From assembly GCA_963703955.1 (NCBI GenBank), contig CAVPGK010000013.1, positions 104,295-168,294 on the forward strand: a stretch of 64,000 nucleotides of DNA, read 5' to 3'. This document shows positions 52,489-61,716 of the stretch, piece after piece. A program made the position numbers and the translations under genes. The notes under the pieces are model-generated. The model was not told the DNA's origin. It searched no databases and saw only the letters and a program-made list of their open reading frames with translations. The DNA is from Nitrospirota bacterium. GTDB lineage: Bacteria > Nitrospirota > Nitrospiria > Nitrospirales > Nitrospiraceae. Position 1 is the first letter of the stretch, and each line of letters starts with the position of its first letter.

Positions 52489-53448
52489 ATGACGGCACGG
52501 ATCAAAAAGATCTTACTGGCCACGGATTTTTCTGACTGCGCGGCGCTCGCGCAGGAGCAGGCTGTATTCCTGGCTAAGGCGGCCGGCGCCGGGTTGGATG
52601 TCGTTCATGTGATCGAGCTGTATCCCGGCTTAGACCCGGAGTATCCCGTCAATCATCTCTACCTGGAGCAGGTCCGGAAGGAAACCAGCCGACAGCTTGA
52701 GGCGGCCGTGAACCGCATGATCCAAAGCGGAGTGGTCGTCGCAGGCCATCAGGTCATCGGCATGCCAAGCCAGAAGATCAGCGAATTGGCGAAAACACTT
52801 GGTACTGACCTCATCGTCATGGGGACCCACGGGCGCACCGGATTGGATCATGTCTTGCTTGGCAGTACGGCGGAACGGGTCGTGACAAGCGCCCCGTGTC
52901 CGGTCATGACCATCCGGTCTGAGAAACGAGATGAACAGCACAGCAGTCCCATCAGTCTTCGAGGTATCCTGGCGCCAATTGATTTCTCGGATGGTTCGTT
53001 GGAGGCATTGGACTATGGGGTACGGGTCGCCAAACAGTTCGGCGCCTCGTTGACAATTCTCCATGTGCTCGAACCGGTGTCCTATGGCCTGGACTTCACC
53101 CTGTCTCGCACAGCCGAACGAGAGAGCCTCAAGGAGCGCACGGAATCGCGATTGGCCGGATTGGTTGAGATCGTGAAAGCGGAGGGTGTCCCTGCGCGTT
53201 CTGAAGTGCGTGGCGGGATCCCAAGCGATACGATTGTGCGCGCCGCTCACGATTCCTCCTGCGATCTCATCATCATGGGCACGCACGGACGGCGAGGCTT
53301 GTCTCACGTGGTCAGCGGAAGCGTGGCGGAAGCGGTGTTGCGTCGGGCTTCCTGTCCTGTGTTGATGGTCAAGAGGCAGACCCGCATCCCGCATTACCTG
53401 CAACTCTCAATCGGAGGGAAGGAAGATCATGAAAAAAGCTCAGTGTAG
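52489..53448 (+). CDS. universal stress protein (tandem USP domains)
   Basis: 319 aa with two UspA repeats (..DLIVMGTHGRTGLDHVLLGSTAERV.., ..DLIIMGTHGRRGLSHVVSGSVAEAV..). Confidence 0.9.
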   Translation: MTARIKKILLATDFSDCAALAQEQAVFLAKAAGAGLDVVHVIELYPGLDPEYPVNHLYLEQVRKETSRQLEAAVNRMIQSGVVVAGHQVIGMPSQKISELAKTLGTDLIVMGTHGRTGLDHVLLGSTAERVVTSAPCPVMTIRSEKRDEQHSSPISLRGILAPIDFSDGSLEALDYGVRVAKQFGASLTILHVLEPVSYGLDFTLSRTAERESLKERTESRLAGLVEIVKAEGVPARSEVRGGIPSDTIVRAAHDSSCDLIIMGTHGRRGLSHVVSGSVAEAVLRRASCPVLMVKRQTRIPHYLQLSIGGKEDHEKSSV

Positions 53449-53522
53449 CGAACCATTGAAAGCATCTCGACGCCCCGAACCCCAATCGATAAGAAGAGGT
53501 GGCCGCGCCCTGAACGCTTGGC

Positions 53523-54926
53523 TTGAGGCGGAAACGATCGTCATGGAGGAGATCCATGAAGCCCATCAGTGAGCAGACCGTCATGCCGCAGGCTAGCATT
53601 GAGCCTTCCCTCCTCGCGCTCTTGAACAGAATCAACGGGCTGGCGGCGGCGCCGGTGTTCCACGTACAGCAGGACACGGCGTTGAGTCGAGCTCTCCGTC
53701 CGTATCTCGACTACATGAAGAGAGGGATTTTGTCCCCGCTTCCCGAGGAGATCGCGCAGGCCAATCTGTTCCTCTTTGCGGATTACTTCCCGGACGACGG
53801 ACAATTGTCCCTCATCGAACAGGTTCGCGAGACGATCGACGTTCACGTGCCGGAAGATGAACGCGCCTGGCTAGACCCGCTCAAGCATTCGTATCTGGAC
53901 CTGCTGGAGATTCGAGAGATCACGGAATCTGGTGAAGGCGGCCGGCTCAAGCTGCGTTCATTGGGCAACGGCCGAGAATTTCTTGTCGGGAGAAATGGCA
54001 TGAGCCTTGACATCAAGAAAGGACACGTCCTTCTCACCCGCCTGATTCGGTTGCCCGATCGGGCGCTGCTTCCAGGGGCAGCCATCATCCTAGCAGCGGG
54101 CCATGCGAGAACCATCCTTGACCTGGCGAACCAATGGCGGCGGGAAATGGAAGCCGAGTCCGGCTCCTTTGAACTTGGGGAGTGGGAGGATTTCGCCAAA
54201 CAACATGGGTACATCCTGCTTTGGATGTATGCGCAAGCCAGGTTAGACGCGCGGCTCAAGGCTGATGCAGCCTTTGCCTATCGGACGCCCAGCGCTCATC
54301 CGTTCCTCTACGCGGTCGCGCTCTATGAACACGCTGAGTTCGACCATCTCGCGGATCGGCTGGGAAAGATCGAAGGCCTGCAGGAAGAAGTCCCTGCTCG
54401 GCTGAGGGACCATCAGCACGATCAGCGACATGTTCGTGCCTGGGCCCAGTGCGAGAGCGCGCTGATGGACCATACTTCCGAGGGGTTGGCGCGATTGATA
54501 TTGACCCCGGTCTTGTTGATGGTCGAGTGCGATTCCCCGGAACGCCTCAATGGTCTGAAGCATCAGCTAGCGTCCGCGTTCGGCTATTCCCTCCACTTCA
54601 TCGGAGAATCCCTCACCGTGCCGATTCACGACATGCCGGAGGTCGATCTCAGCCAGGAAGGCATTCCCTTACATTCCATGGTAGTTATGCAAGATGAGGA
54701 ATATCGCCTGCTCAAGGCCTTTTTGGAATCCGTCTACCTGGAATGGGCGGACCGACCGTCGCCGTCGTTACAGGGCCTCACGCCGCGCCACGCAGCAGCC
54801 GCCCTGGAGACCAAATCAAGGGTGGCATCCCTGATCGACCAATTAGAACGAGACGATCTGGTCTATCGCCGGACCGGCAGGGCAGGGTATGACTACGGTC
54901 TGCTCCGCGCCCACGTCGGTCTATAA
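53523..54926 (+). CDS. uncharacterised 467-aa protein
   Basis: Long ORF with good third-position GC. The C-terminal LEWADRPSPSLQGLTPRHAAAALETKSRVASLIDQLE resembles the helical tail (..ipaLgGkTPreA..) seen in MbcA/ParS/Xre-type and related proteins. An ATG alternative start is at 53556. Confidence 0.7.
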   Translation: MRRKRSSWRRSMKPISEQTVMPQASIEPSLLALLNRINGLAAAPVFHVQQDTALSRALRPYLDYMKRGILSPLPEEIAQANLFLFADYFPDDGQLSLIEQVRETIDVHVPEDERAWLDPLKHSYLDLLEIREITESGEGGRLKLRSLGNGREFLVGRNGMSLDIKKGHVLLTRLIRLPDRALLPGAAIILAAGHARTILDLANQWRREMEAESGSFELGEWEDFAKQHGYILLWMYAQARLDARLKADAAFAYRTPSAHPFLYAVALYEHAEFDHLADRLGKIEGLQEEVPARLRDHQHDQRHVRAWAQCESALMDHTSEGLARLILTPVLLMVECDSPERLNGLKHQLASAFGYSLHFIGESLTVPIHDMPEVDLSQEGIPLHSMVVMQDEEYRLLKAFLESVYLEWADRPSPSLQGLTPRHAAAALETKSRVASLIDQLERDDLVYRRTGRAGYDYGLLRAHVGL

Positions 54927-55051
54927 ACAGAATGCTGAAAAACGCCTCCAACTTCGTTCTCGGTCGTTCGGACTCCTCAACGTACTCGAAAGCACGCCTC
55001 AGCATCCGGACTCCTTGCGGCCTCGTTGGACGGCCTTGTTGAGCATTCTGT
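54927..55051 (+). promoter_or_regulatory. 20-nt imperfect inverted repeat bracketing two direct repeats upstream of the formate dehydrogenase genes
   Basis: ACAGAATGCTGAAAAACGCC (54927..54946) pairs with GGCCTTGTTGAGCATTCTGT (55032..55051) at 16 of 20 positions. Inside lie TCGGACTCCT (54968..54977) and CCGGACTCCT (55006..55015). Confidence 0.35.
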
Positions 55052-55063
55052 GGGAGACGGCCT

Positions 55064-55525
55064 GTGAAAAAAAAGGAGGGATCAAGCTTAGAGACGGCTT
55101 TGGGAACGTGTCGCACCCGTCCGCCGAATGTCCTCCAGACCTTGCTCGCCGTGCAGGATGCGCTCGGGTACGTGCCGCCGGAGGCTGTGGCGGACATCGC
55201 TCGTTACCTTGAGGTCACCGAAGCGGATGTGGCCGGTGTCCTTTCATATTATCCCGAACTGCGCACTCGCGCCTCCGGCCGCCATCTCGTTCGGATCTGC
55301 ATGGGAGAGTCATGCGTGGCGAATCGTTGCAATCGCGGACTGGTCGCGCTCCGGAGCCGTCTCGGCATCGATCTCGGAGAAACGACCTCGGACAACCGAT
55401 TCAGCCTGGAGCGGGTGTATTGCCTGGGCAACTGCGCCGTTTCACCGACGGTCATGGTGGATGAGGCGATCTATGGTCGAGTCGGGGGCGTCGATGTCCT
55501 TGCCATACTCGAGGAATATGAATAA
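55064..55525 (+). CDS. fdsG: NuoE-like [2Fe-2S] subunit of NAD-dependent formate dehydrogenase
   Basis: 153 aa. LLAVQDALGYVP..ADVAGVLSYY and the Cys pattern C..GESC....C...CLGNC are typical of NuoE/HoxF-N. The symbol is inferred from the fdsG-fdsB-fdsA gene order. Confidence 0.8.
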   Translation: MKKKEGSSLETALGTCRTRPPNVLQTLLAVQDALGYVPPEAVADIARYLEVTEADVAGVLSYYPELRTRASGRHLVRICMGESCVANRCNRGLVALRSRLGIDLGETTSDNRFSLERVYCLGNCAVSPTVMVDEAIYGRVGGVDVLAILEEYE

Positions 55526-57047
55526 GACTCCGCCACCAGCCGTTCGTCTGTACCTTTCAAACGACACATCTGCCCGTGCGGCGGGAGTCGAGCGAGTGGC
55601 GGACGCCTTGGCAGGAACGCCGGGATTGGAGTTGGTTCGCACTTCCTCACGGGGCGCGTTTTTCCTCGAACCGCTTGTCGAGCGGGATACACCGGATGGT
55701 CGGATGGCCTGGTCTCGTGTTTCGCCGAACGATCTGCCGTCTGTCCTCGCAGGGACGGGGGGAACACCGGTGAGGCAGATTTCCTTCCTGACTCAACAAA
55801 CCCGTGAGACCTTCGCGAATTTTGGGGTCACTCAACCGCTCTCGCTTGACGAGTACAGAATGCGCGGTGGGCTGAGGGGTCTTGACTGCGCCCGGGCGCT
55901 CTCGCCGGAAGCGATCATTGATGAGTTGAAACTGTCCGGACTGCGCGGGCGTGGAGGCGCGGCCTTTCCCGTGTGGACGAAGTGGAAGGTAGCCGGGGAG
56001 GCGAGGGCGGATCGGAAATACGTCGTGGCCAATGCCGACGAGGGAGATGCCGGCACGTACTGCGACCGCATGATCATGGAGGGCGATCCATTCCGCTTGA
56101 TTGAAGGCATGCTGATCTGCGCCTGCGCCGTTGGGGCCGACCGGGGCTATATCTATTGCCGTCAGGAATACCCAGCGGCGGCCCGTGTTTTGAAGGCGGC
56201 GATCGAAGAAGGGGAGCGCGCTGGCTTGTTGGGTCGCAACGGGAGCGGCTTTCATCTGGAGATCTTCGTCGGCGCCGGGTCCTACGTGTGTGGCGAAGAG
56301 ACCGCGCTTCTGGAATCGCTGGAAGGGCGTCGCGGCGTCGTGTGCGCCAAGCCCCCGTATCCGGCAGTCTCGGGTCTGTACGGACGGCCAACCGTGGTGA
56401 GTAATGTGCTGACCTTTGCGACCGTCCCAAGCATCCTAGCCCGAGGAGGCGCCTGGCATGCCGCATTGGGCACGGAGGGATCACGCGGGACGATCGCGCT
56501 GCAGATCGGAGGACGGGTCAAGCAGCCGGGCCTCGTGGAGATTCCGTTCGGCGCGACGCTCGAGGATGTGATTGAGCAGTTCGGCGGGGGCATGGCGGCG
56601 GACGCCCGGTTCAAGGCCGTTCAGGTCGGCGGCCCGCTGGGTAGCCTCTTCCCGGCTTCCAAGCTGAGTATCCGGATCTGTTACGACGAGTTCGCAAGAG
56701 CCGGGGCGATCCTGGGACATGGGGGGATCGTCGTGTACGATGATGAGACCGACATGGTTGAGCTGGCCCGCCATTTCATGGCGTTCACCGCCGACGAATC
56801 ATGTGGAAAATGCACACCCTGCCGCGTCGGCTCGGTCAGGGGGCGAGAGATCCTTGATCGAATCGCAAAGGGTCGCGGTCGTCTGAGCGATCTGGATCTG
56901 CTTGCTGACCTCGGGGAGACGATGAAAGCGGCCAGCTTGTGCGCCTTGGGAAGTCGGGCGCCATATCCGGTTCTCACCGCGATCGAGCACTTCGGCTATG
57001 AATTTCAGGATCGTCTATTCGCCGATCGAACGAGTGAAGAACACTGA
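55518..57047 (+). CDS. fdsB: NuoF-like NAD/FMN/[4Fe-4S] subunit of formate dehydrogenase
   Basis: Internal ATG of ORF 55128..57047, overlapping the upstream stop. GLRGRGGAAFP (FMN), NADEGDAGTY, GAGSYVCGEETALLESLEG, ESCGKCTPCRVG. Confidence 0.9.
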   Translation: MNKTPPPAVRLYLSNDTSARAAGVERVADALAGTPGLELVRTSSRGAFFLEPLVERDTPDGRMAWSRVSPNDLPSVLAGTGGTPVRQISFLTQQTRETFANFGVTQPLSLDEYRMRGGLRGLDCARALSPEAIIDELKLSGLRGRGGAAFPVWTKWKVAGEARADRKYVVANADEGDAGTYCDRMIMEGDPFRLIEGMLICACAVGADRGYIYCRQEYPAAARVLKAAIEEGERAGLLGRNGSGFHLEIFVGAGSYVCGEETALLESLEGRRGVVCAKPPYPAVSGLYGRPTVVSNVLTFATVPSILARGGAWHAALGTEGSRGTIALQIGGRVKQPGLVEIPFGATLEDVIEQFGGGMAADARFKAVQVGGPLGSLFPASKLSIRICYDEFARAGAILGHGGIVVYDDETDMVELARHFMAFTADESCGKCTPCRVGSVRGREILDRIAKGRGRLSDLDLLADLGETMKAASLCALGSRAPYPVLTAIEHFGYEFQDRLFADRTSEEH

Positions 57048-57056
57048 TCGAACAGG

Positions 57057-59837
57057 ATGATACTCACGCCACCAGCAAAGGTAGATTGTCGGGCTGTGAG
57101 CCTGACGATCAATGGTCGGTCCATCACGGCGGCTTCCGGAGCGACCGTCTTCAGCGCGGCGCGTCAAGCGGGGATCACGATCCCGAATTTATGCGCGTCG
57201 GATCATTTGGCTCCCTTCGGGTCGTGTCGCCTCTGTCTCTGTGAAGTGGAAGGGCGGTCGGATACCCCGGCCTCGTGCACGACGCCTGTGCAGGAGGGCA
57301 TGGTTGTGCGCACGGAAACCGAGCGATTGACCCGGCACCGAAAGAATATCCTCGAACTCTATCTGTCCGAACGGCCTGAGGGTGACGCGCCGGAACCTCT
57401 CCGCAAGCTGGCCCACACGCTGGGGCTTGCGCGAGTCCGCTATGACGCCCCGAGTCATCGAACCGTGTTCCACGATGTGTCGAATCCCTTCTTTTCGTTC
57501 GACAATGCGGCGTGTATCTCATGCGCCCGGTGCGTACGAGCGTGCGATGAGATTCAAGGGACCTTCGCGCTGACGATGATCGGCCGTGGATTCGACGCCC
57601 GGCCGGTTGCGGGAGATGGTCATGGGTTCGCCGCCTCGAACTGTGTCTCGTGCGGGGCGTGCGTCAAAGAATGCCCGACCGGCGCGTTACTGGAAACGTC
57701 CATCCATCGATTCGGCCGGCCGACGCAGACCGTGCGCACGACCTGTGCCTATTGCGGGGTGGGGTGCGCGTTCGACGCTGGCGTCCGGGATGGTCGAGTG
57801 GTCAGTATGGCGCCGTCGGATGATGGCCCATCGAATCTCGGTCATGCGTGCATGAAGGGCCGGTTCGGCTGGGATTACATCTATGCCAAGGATCGGCTGC
57901 GCGTGCCGCTCCTGCGGCGAGGTGATCGGTGGGAGGAGATTTCGTGGGAGGCCGCCATGGATCGGATGGCCCGGGAATTTAGTCGAATCAAGGAAACGTA
58001 TGGAGCGGACGCCCTAGCGACGATTTCCTCCAGCCGGGGCACGAATGAAGAAAATTACTTGTTCGCGAAGTTCATGCGGTGCGTGATCGGCACCAACCAC
58101 ATCGACAATTGCGCACGAGTCTGCCACAGCGCCACCGTCACGGGGATGATGGAGGTACTGGGCGCGTCCGCGGCCACGAATTCGATCGCTGATGTGGATC
58201 TCGCCAAACTGATCCTCGTGGTCGGAGCGAACCCCACCGAGTCTCATCCCGTGGTTGGCGCGCGGATCAAACGGGCTCATCGGCGCGGTGTGCCGCTGAT
58301 CGTGGTGGACCCACGGCGCACCGAACTGGCGCGCCTGGCCGACTTCCATCTACAGTTGCGTCCCGGCACCAATGTGGCACTGCTGAATGGATTGGGCCAC
58401 GTCATCGTACAGGAAAGGCTGCTGGATCACGCGTTCATCGACAGGCGCACCGATGGGCTCGCGGATTGGCGTGACTCAGTGGCCGCCTGTACACCGGAGG
58501 TGACCGAGGGTATCACCGGCGTGCCGGCCGCCAAGATTGTGGAGGCGGCCCGTCGCTATGCGATGAGCGGCGCGTCCCTCTGCGTACATGGTCTCGGCGT
58601 GACCGAGCACCGTTGGGGGAGTCATGGCGTGATTGCCCTGTGCAATCTCGCCCTGGCCACGGGACACATCGGACGGCCTGGGACCGGCATCAACCCGCTG
58701 CGCGGCCAGAACAATGTACAGGGCGCCTCGGATTCGGGCTGTCTGCCCACCTATTTCGCGGGTTATCAAAGCTTCGATGATCCCGGTCTGGCTGCCAAGC
58801 ACCGTGCCATTACAGGGCGCACGCTTCCGTCGAAGCGCGGCCTGAAGATTCCCGACATGTGGGACGCCGCGCTGGACGGGCGGCTGAAGGGGATGTGGAT
58901 CATCGGGTACGATGTGGCGCAAACTGATCCGAATCTCAAGAAAGTCAAAGCCGCGCTCGGTCGTTTAGAATTTCTCGTCGTGCAGGATCTGTTTCTCAGC
59001 GAGACGGCGAAGCTCGCGCATCTGGTCATACCGGGAGCCGCGTTTCTTGAAAAGGATGGTACATTCACGAATCTCGAACGCCGGATTCAACGAATCCGCA
59101 AAGTCGTCGATCCGCCTGACGCCGTGCTGCCGGACTGGCAGGTAGTCAGCCAGGTTTCTAAGCGAATGGGTTACGCGATGGATTATGCGCATCCATCCGA
59201 GATTATGGATGAGATGAGGCGGCTCACACCGATGCTGGCGGGTGTATCCTTCGATCGGCTCGAAGAGCGGAAGGGACTCCAATGGCCGGTTCCTTCTGCG
59301 GATCACCCGGGAACACCATTGATGCACGCGGACGGCTTCCCGCCCCGGGAAGGAGCGGGTGGGGGTGATGGCCGGGCTCGTTTTGTTCCTGTTGAGCACC
59401 TTCCGCCCGGCGAGGAGCCTAACGACGCGTTCCCATTCATCCTGATCACTGGTCGGATTCTCCAACACTATAATTGCGGGGCCCAGACCCGCCGGACTGA
59501 TATCATGCGCATTGTCGATACCGACGTGTTGGAGATGCATCCGGAGGACGCGGCGCGCCTCCACCTGACCGACGGTGAATCGGTGAAGCTGGTCAGCGCC
59601 CGGGGCGAGGCCATCCTGCCGGTGACCCTGAGCCAGCGCGTTCAGCCCGGACAGCTCTTCACGAGCTTTCATTTTCCGGGGACCAATACGAATGCCTTGC
59701 TTTCGTCCAGCGCCGATGAAAGTTCGAAGTGCCCGGAGTACAAGGTGTCCGCCGTACGAGTGGAGACATTGACCGGCGGCAGGGCCGGGAGGAAGGACGC
59801 GGCGGATGGCGGCGCGCGGTGGAGGCTGATGACCTAG
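57057..59837 (+). CDS. fdsA: formate dehydrogenase alpha subunit (molybdopterin, Cys-type)
   Basis: 926 aa. N-terminal 2Fe-2S and 4Fe-4S Cys clusters, a molybdopterin oxidoreductase body, and active-site region NCARVCHSATV with Cys. There is no in-frame TGA. Confidence 0.95.
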   Translation: MILTPPAKVDCRAVSLTINGRSITAASGATVFSAARQAGITIPNLCASDHLAPFGSCRLCLCEVEGRSDTPASCTTPVQEGMVVRTETERLTRHRKNILELYLSERPEGDAPEPLRKLAHTLGLARVRYDAPSHRTVFHDVSNPFFSFDNAACISCARCVRACDEIQGTFALTMIGRGFDARPVAGDGHGFAASNCVSCGACVKECPTGALLETSIHRFGRPTQTVRTTCAYCGVGCAFDAGVRDGRVVSMAPSDDGPSNLGHACMKGRFGWDYIYAKDRLRVPLLRRGDRWEEISWEAAMDRMAREFSRIKETYGADALATISSSRGTNEENYLFAKFMRCVIGTNHIDNCARVCHSATVTGMMEVLGASAATNSIADVDLAKLILVVGANPTESHPVVGARIKRAHRRGVPLIVVDPRRTELARLADFHLQLRPGTNVALLNGLGHVIVQERLLDHAFIDRRTDGLADWRDSVAACTPEVTEGITGVPAAKIVEAARRYAMSGASLCVHGLGVTEHRWGSHGVIALCNLALATGHIGRPGTGINPLRGQNNVQGASDSGCLPTYFAGYQSFDDPGLAAKHRAITGRTLPSKRGLKIPDMWDAALDGRLKGMWIIGYDVAQTDPNLKKVKAALGRLEFLVVQDLFLSETAKLAHLVIPGAAFLEKDGTFTNLERRIQRIRKVVDPPDAVLPDWQVVSQVSKRMGYAMDYAHPSEIMDEMRRLTPMLAGVSFDRLEERKGLQWPVPSADHPGTPLMHADGFPPREGAGGGDGRARFVPVEHLPPGEEPNDAFPFILITGRILQHYNCGAQTRRTDIMRIVDTDVLEMHPEDAARLHLTDGESVKLVSARGEAILPVTLSQRVQPGQLFTSFHFPGTNTNALLSSSADESSKCPEYKVSAVRVETLTGGRAGRKDAADGGARWRLMT

Positions 59838-59926
59838 ATGGAGCGGTCAGCCGGGTTCAGCTCTGAGCGCAGAGACTTACTCCAAGGAACTGAAAGTCGA
59901 CGCTTGACCACCGACCGCTTCATACC

Positions 59927-60847
59927 ATGAACCAATCATCGACCACCCTGGTCCCCTTGTTCGACGCCTACTCTCCGCCGCAGATCGCTGAACGCGTGAG
60001 AGAGATCGGTGTCGCGAAGGCCAACGCCCCGCTGTTGACGACCTTGGCCCTCGCCGTTCTGGCCGGTGCGTTCATCTCACTGGGCGCCCTGTTCTATACC
60101 GTCACGGTGACCGGTGCGGATGCATCGGAGAGGACACCTTTCGGCCTGCTTCAGTTGGCCGGCGGCGCTGCGTTTAGTCTCGGTCTGGTCCTGGTGGTGG
60201 TCGGCGGCGCGGAGCTGTTTACCGGCAACAATCTGCTGGCGATGGCGTGGGCGGCCGGTCGTGTTCAGAGCGGCCAGATTCTCCGGAATTGGGGATGGGT
60301 CTACCTGGGAAATCTGGTCGGAGCGCTCGGTACCGCGGCCTTGGTTCTCCTGTCAGGTGTGCACGAGTTGGCGGACGGCGCGGTCGGCGAGACGGCGATC
60401 CGCATTGCTAGAGCAAAAAGCGATCTTGGCGCATTGGAATCGGTAGCGCGCGGGATTCTCTGCAACGTCCTCGTGTGCCTGGCGGTCTGGCTTTGTATGG
60501 GAGCCCGCAGCGTCGCCGACAAGATCCTTGCCATTGTGTTTCCCATTAGCGCGTTTGTCGCCTGCGGGTTCGAGCATTCGGTCGCGAATATGTATTTTCT
60601 TCCGATCGGACTTGCGCTTACCTGGCCCGGGACCGCGCCAATCGCGCTGGCGGATGCCTTCGGCAATCTCGTCCTGGTGACGGTCGGGAACCTCCTGGGC
60701 GGGACAGTCCTGGTCGCGGAGGTATATTGGTTTGTCTATTTACGGGGCAGCTCTGTTTCCGGCGCACCCCCCATTCGGCCATTGCATCCAACCCCAGAGC
60801 AGGATAAACCAACCCTGTCGTCCACGTTGAGAGGAGACCGTCGATGA
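59927..60847 (+). CDS. focA: formate/nitrite transporter (FNT) family channel
   Basis: 306 aa, six TM segments, FNT motifs (..GAELFTGN.., ..FEHSVANMY..). The focA assignment is by context with the dehydrogenase only. Confidence 0.85.
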   Translation: MNQSSTTLVPLFDAYSPPQIAERVREIGVAKANAPLLTTLALAVLAGAFISLGALFYTVTVTGADASERTPFGLLQLAGGAAFSLGLVLVVVGGAELFTGNNLLAMAWAAGRVQSGQILRNWGWVYLGNLVGALGTAALVLLSGVHELADGAVGETAIRIARAKSDLGALESVARGILCNVLVCLAVWLCMGARSVADKILAIVFPISAFVACGFEHSVANMYFLPIGLALTWPGTAPIALADAFGNLVLVTVGNLLGGTVLVAEVYWFVYLRGSSVSGAPPIRPLHPTPEQDKPTLSSTLRGDRR

Positions 60848-61677
60848 AGGTCGTCATCGGGATGGATGGTTCGAAATACTCACGCTGGGCGTTGGAATGG
60901 ATCGCTCGACTTCCGCTAGCCGCCCCACCTCCGGTCGTCGCGCTGCACGCCGTGGACCTCTCGGCCTTGAAGGCCCCGGTGATGTTTCAACCCATGGTCG
61001 TCGGCAATGAGCCGTTCATCCAAGCCGAGGTGAAGAGGTTGGACAAGAAGGCGAAAGAGGTGGTTGCTGAAACCAAGAGGTCGTTCGATTCCTTCAATCT
61101 GCAGGGTAGAGTGATGATCGCAAAAGGTGCGCCCGCGGAGATCATCGTGAAGCGCGCAAGACGCGGAGACCTGCTGATCGTCGGACACCGCGGTCTGACC
61201 GGTCTGGATCGTTTCATGTTGGGGAGCGTGTCTACGAAAGTGATGTTGCACGCGCCCTGTTCTGTGCTGGTGGTGAAGCAGCCGTCCCGGCCGATTCGAA
61301 AAATCCTGCTGGCGACCGACGGGTCCAAGAACGCGAATAAGGCCCTCCGGTTTCTCTTGGAGGACATGCGATCCGCGAATGTAGAAATCCTCGTCACGCA
61401 CGTGATGCCGTTTCTAAGATACTCGGAGCAAAATGAGGCAGGGAAGGTCTTGGTTGATCAGTGCGCGGAAAAGCTGGCGTTGGCCGGCTACCGGGTGACT
61501 CCGATGCTGAAGCTTGGAAGCCCGGCAGACGAAATCATTAAGATTGCCGGGCGGCAGAAAGTAGACCTGATCGTCTCTGGCGCCAAAGGGCTTGGCGCGA
61601 TCGCTCGATTCTTCTTGGGGAGCGTCTCGATGAAGCTAATGCAGCACAGTGCCTGTTCGGTTCTCGTGGTCCGGTAA
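60844..61677 (+). CDS. universal stress protein (tandem USP domains)
   Basis: 277 aa with a 4-nt overlap onto the FNT stop. ..DLLIVGHRGLTGLDRFMLGSVSTKV.. and ..DLIVSGAKGLGAIARFFLGSVSMKL.. Confidence 0.9.
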   Translation: MKVVIGMDGSKYSRWALEWIARLPLAAPPPVVALHAVDLSALKAPVMFQPMVVGNEPFIQAEVKRLDKKAKEVVAETKRSFDSFNLQGRVMIAKGAPAEIIVKRARRGDLLIVGHRGLTGLDRFMLGSVSTKVMLHAPCSVLVVKQPSRPIRKILLATDGSKNANKALRFLLEDMRSANVEILVTHVMPFLRYSEQNEAGKVLVDQCAEKLALAGYRVTPMLKLGSPADEIIKIAGRQKVDLIVSGAKGLGAIARFFLGSVSMKLMQHSACSVLVVR

Positions 61678-61716
61678 GGCCGCCTCTCATGAGGGATAGG
61701 AAGTTGTGGCTGTGGG

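Noticed and set aside
55128-55517. N-terminal 130 codons of the tracked 639-aa NuoF-like ORF, and likewise 51585..52049 of the cupredoxin ORF.
   Set aside because: These extensions overlap the preceding genes (the NuoE-like gene and the USP gene) in another frame. Internal ATGs with coupling-type overlaps give family-typical N-termini.
57057-59837. Selenocysteine or SECIS in the formate dehydrogenase alpha subunit.
   Set aside because: The ORF is uninterrupted and the catalytic position reads Cys (ARVCHS).
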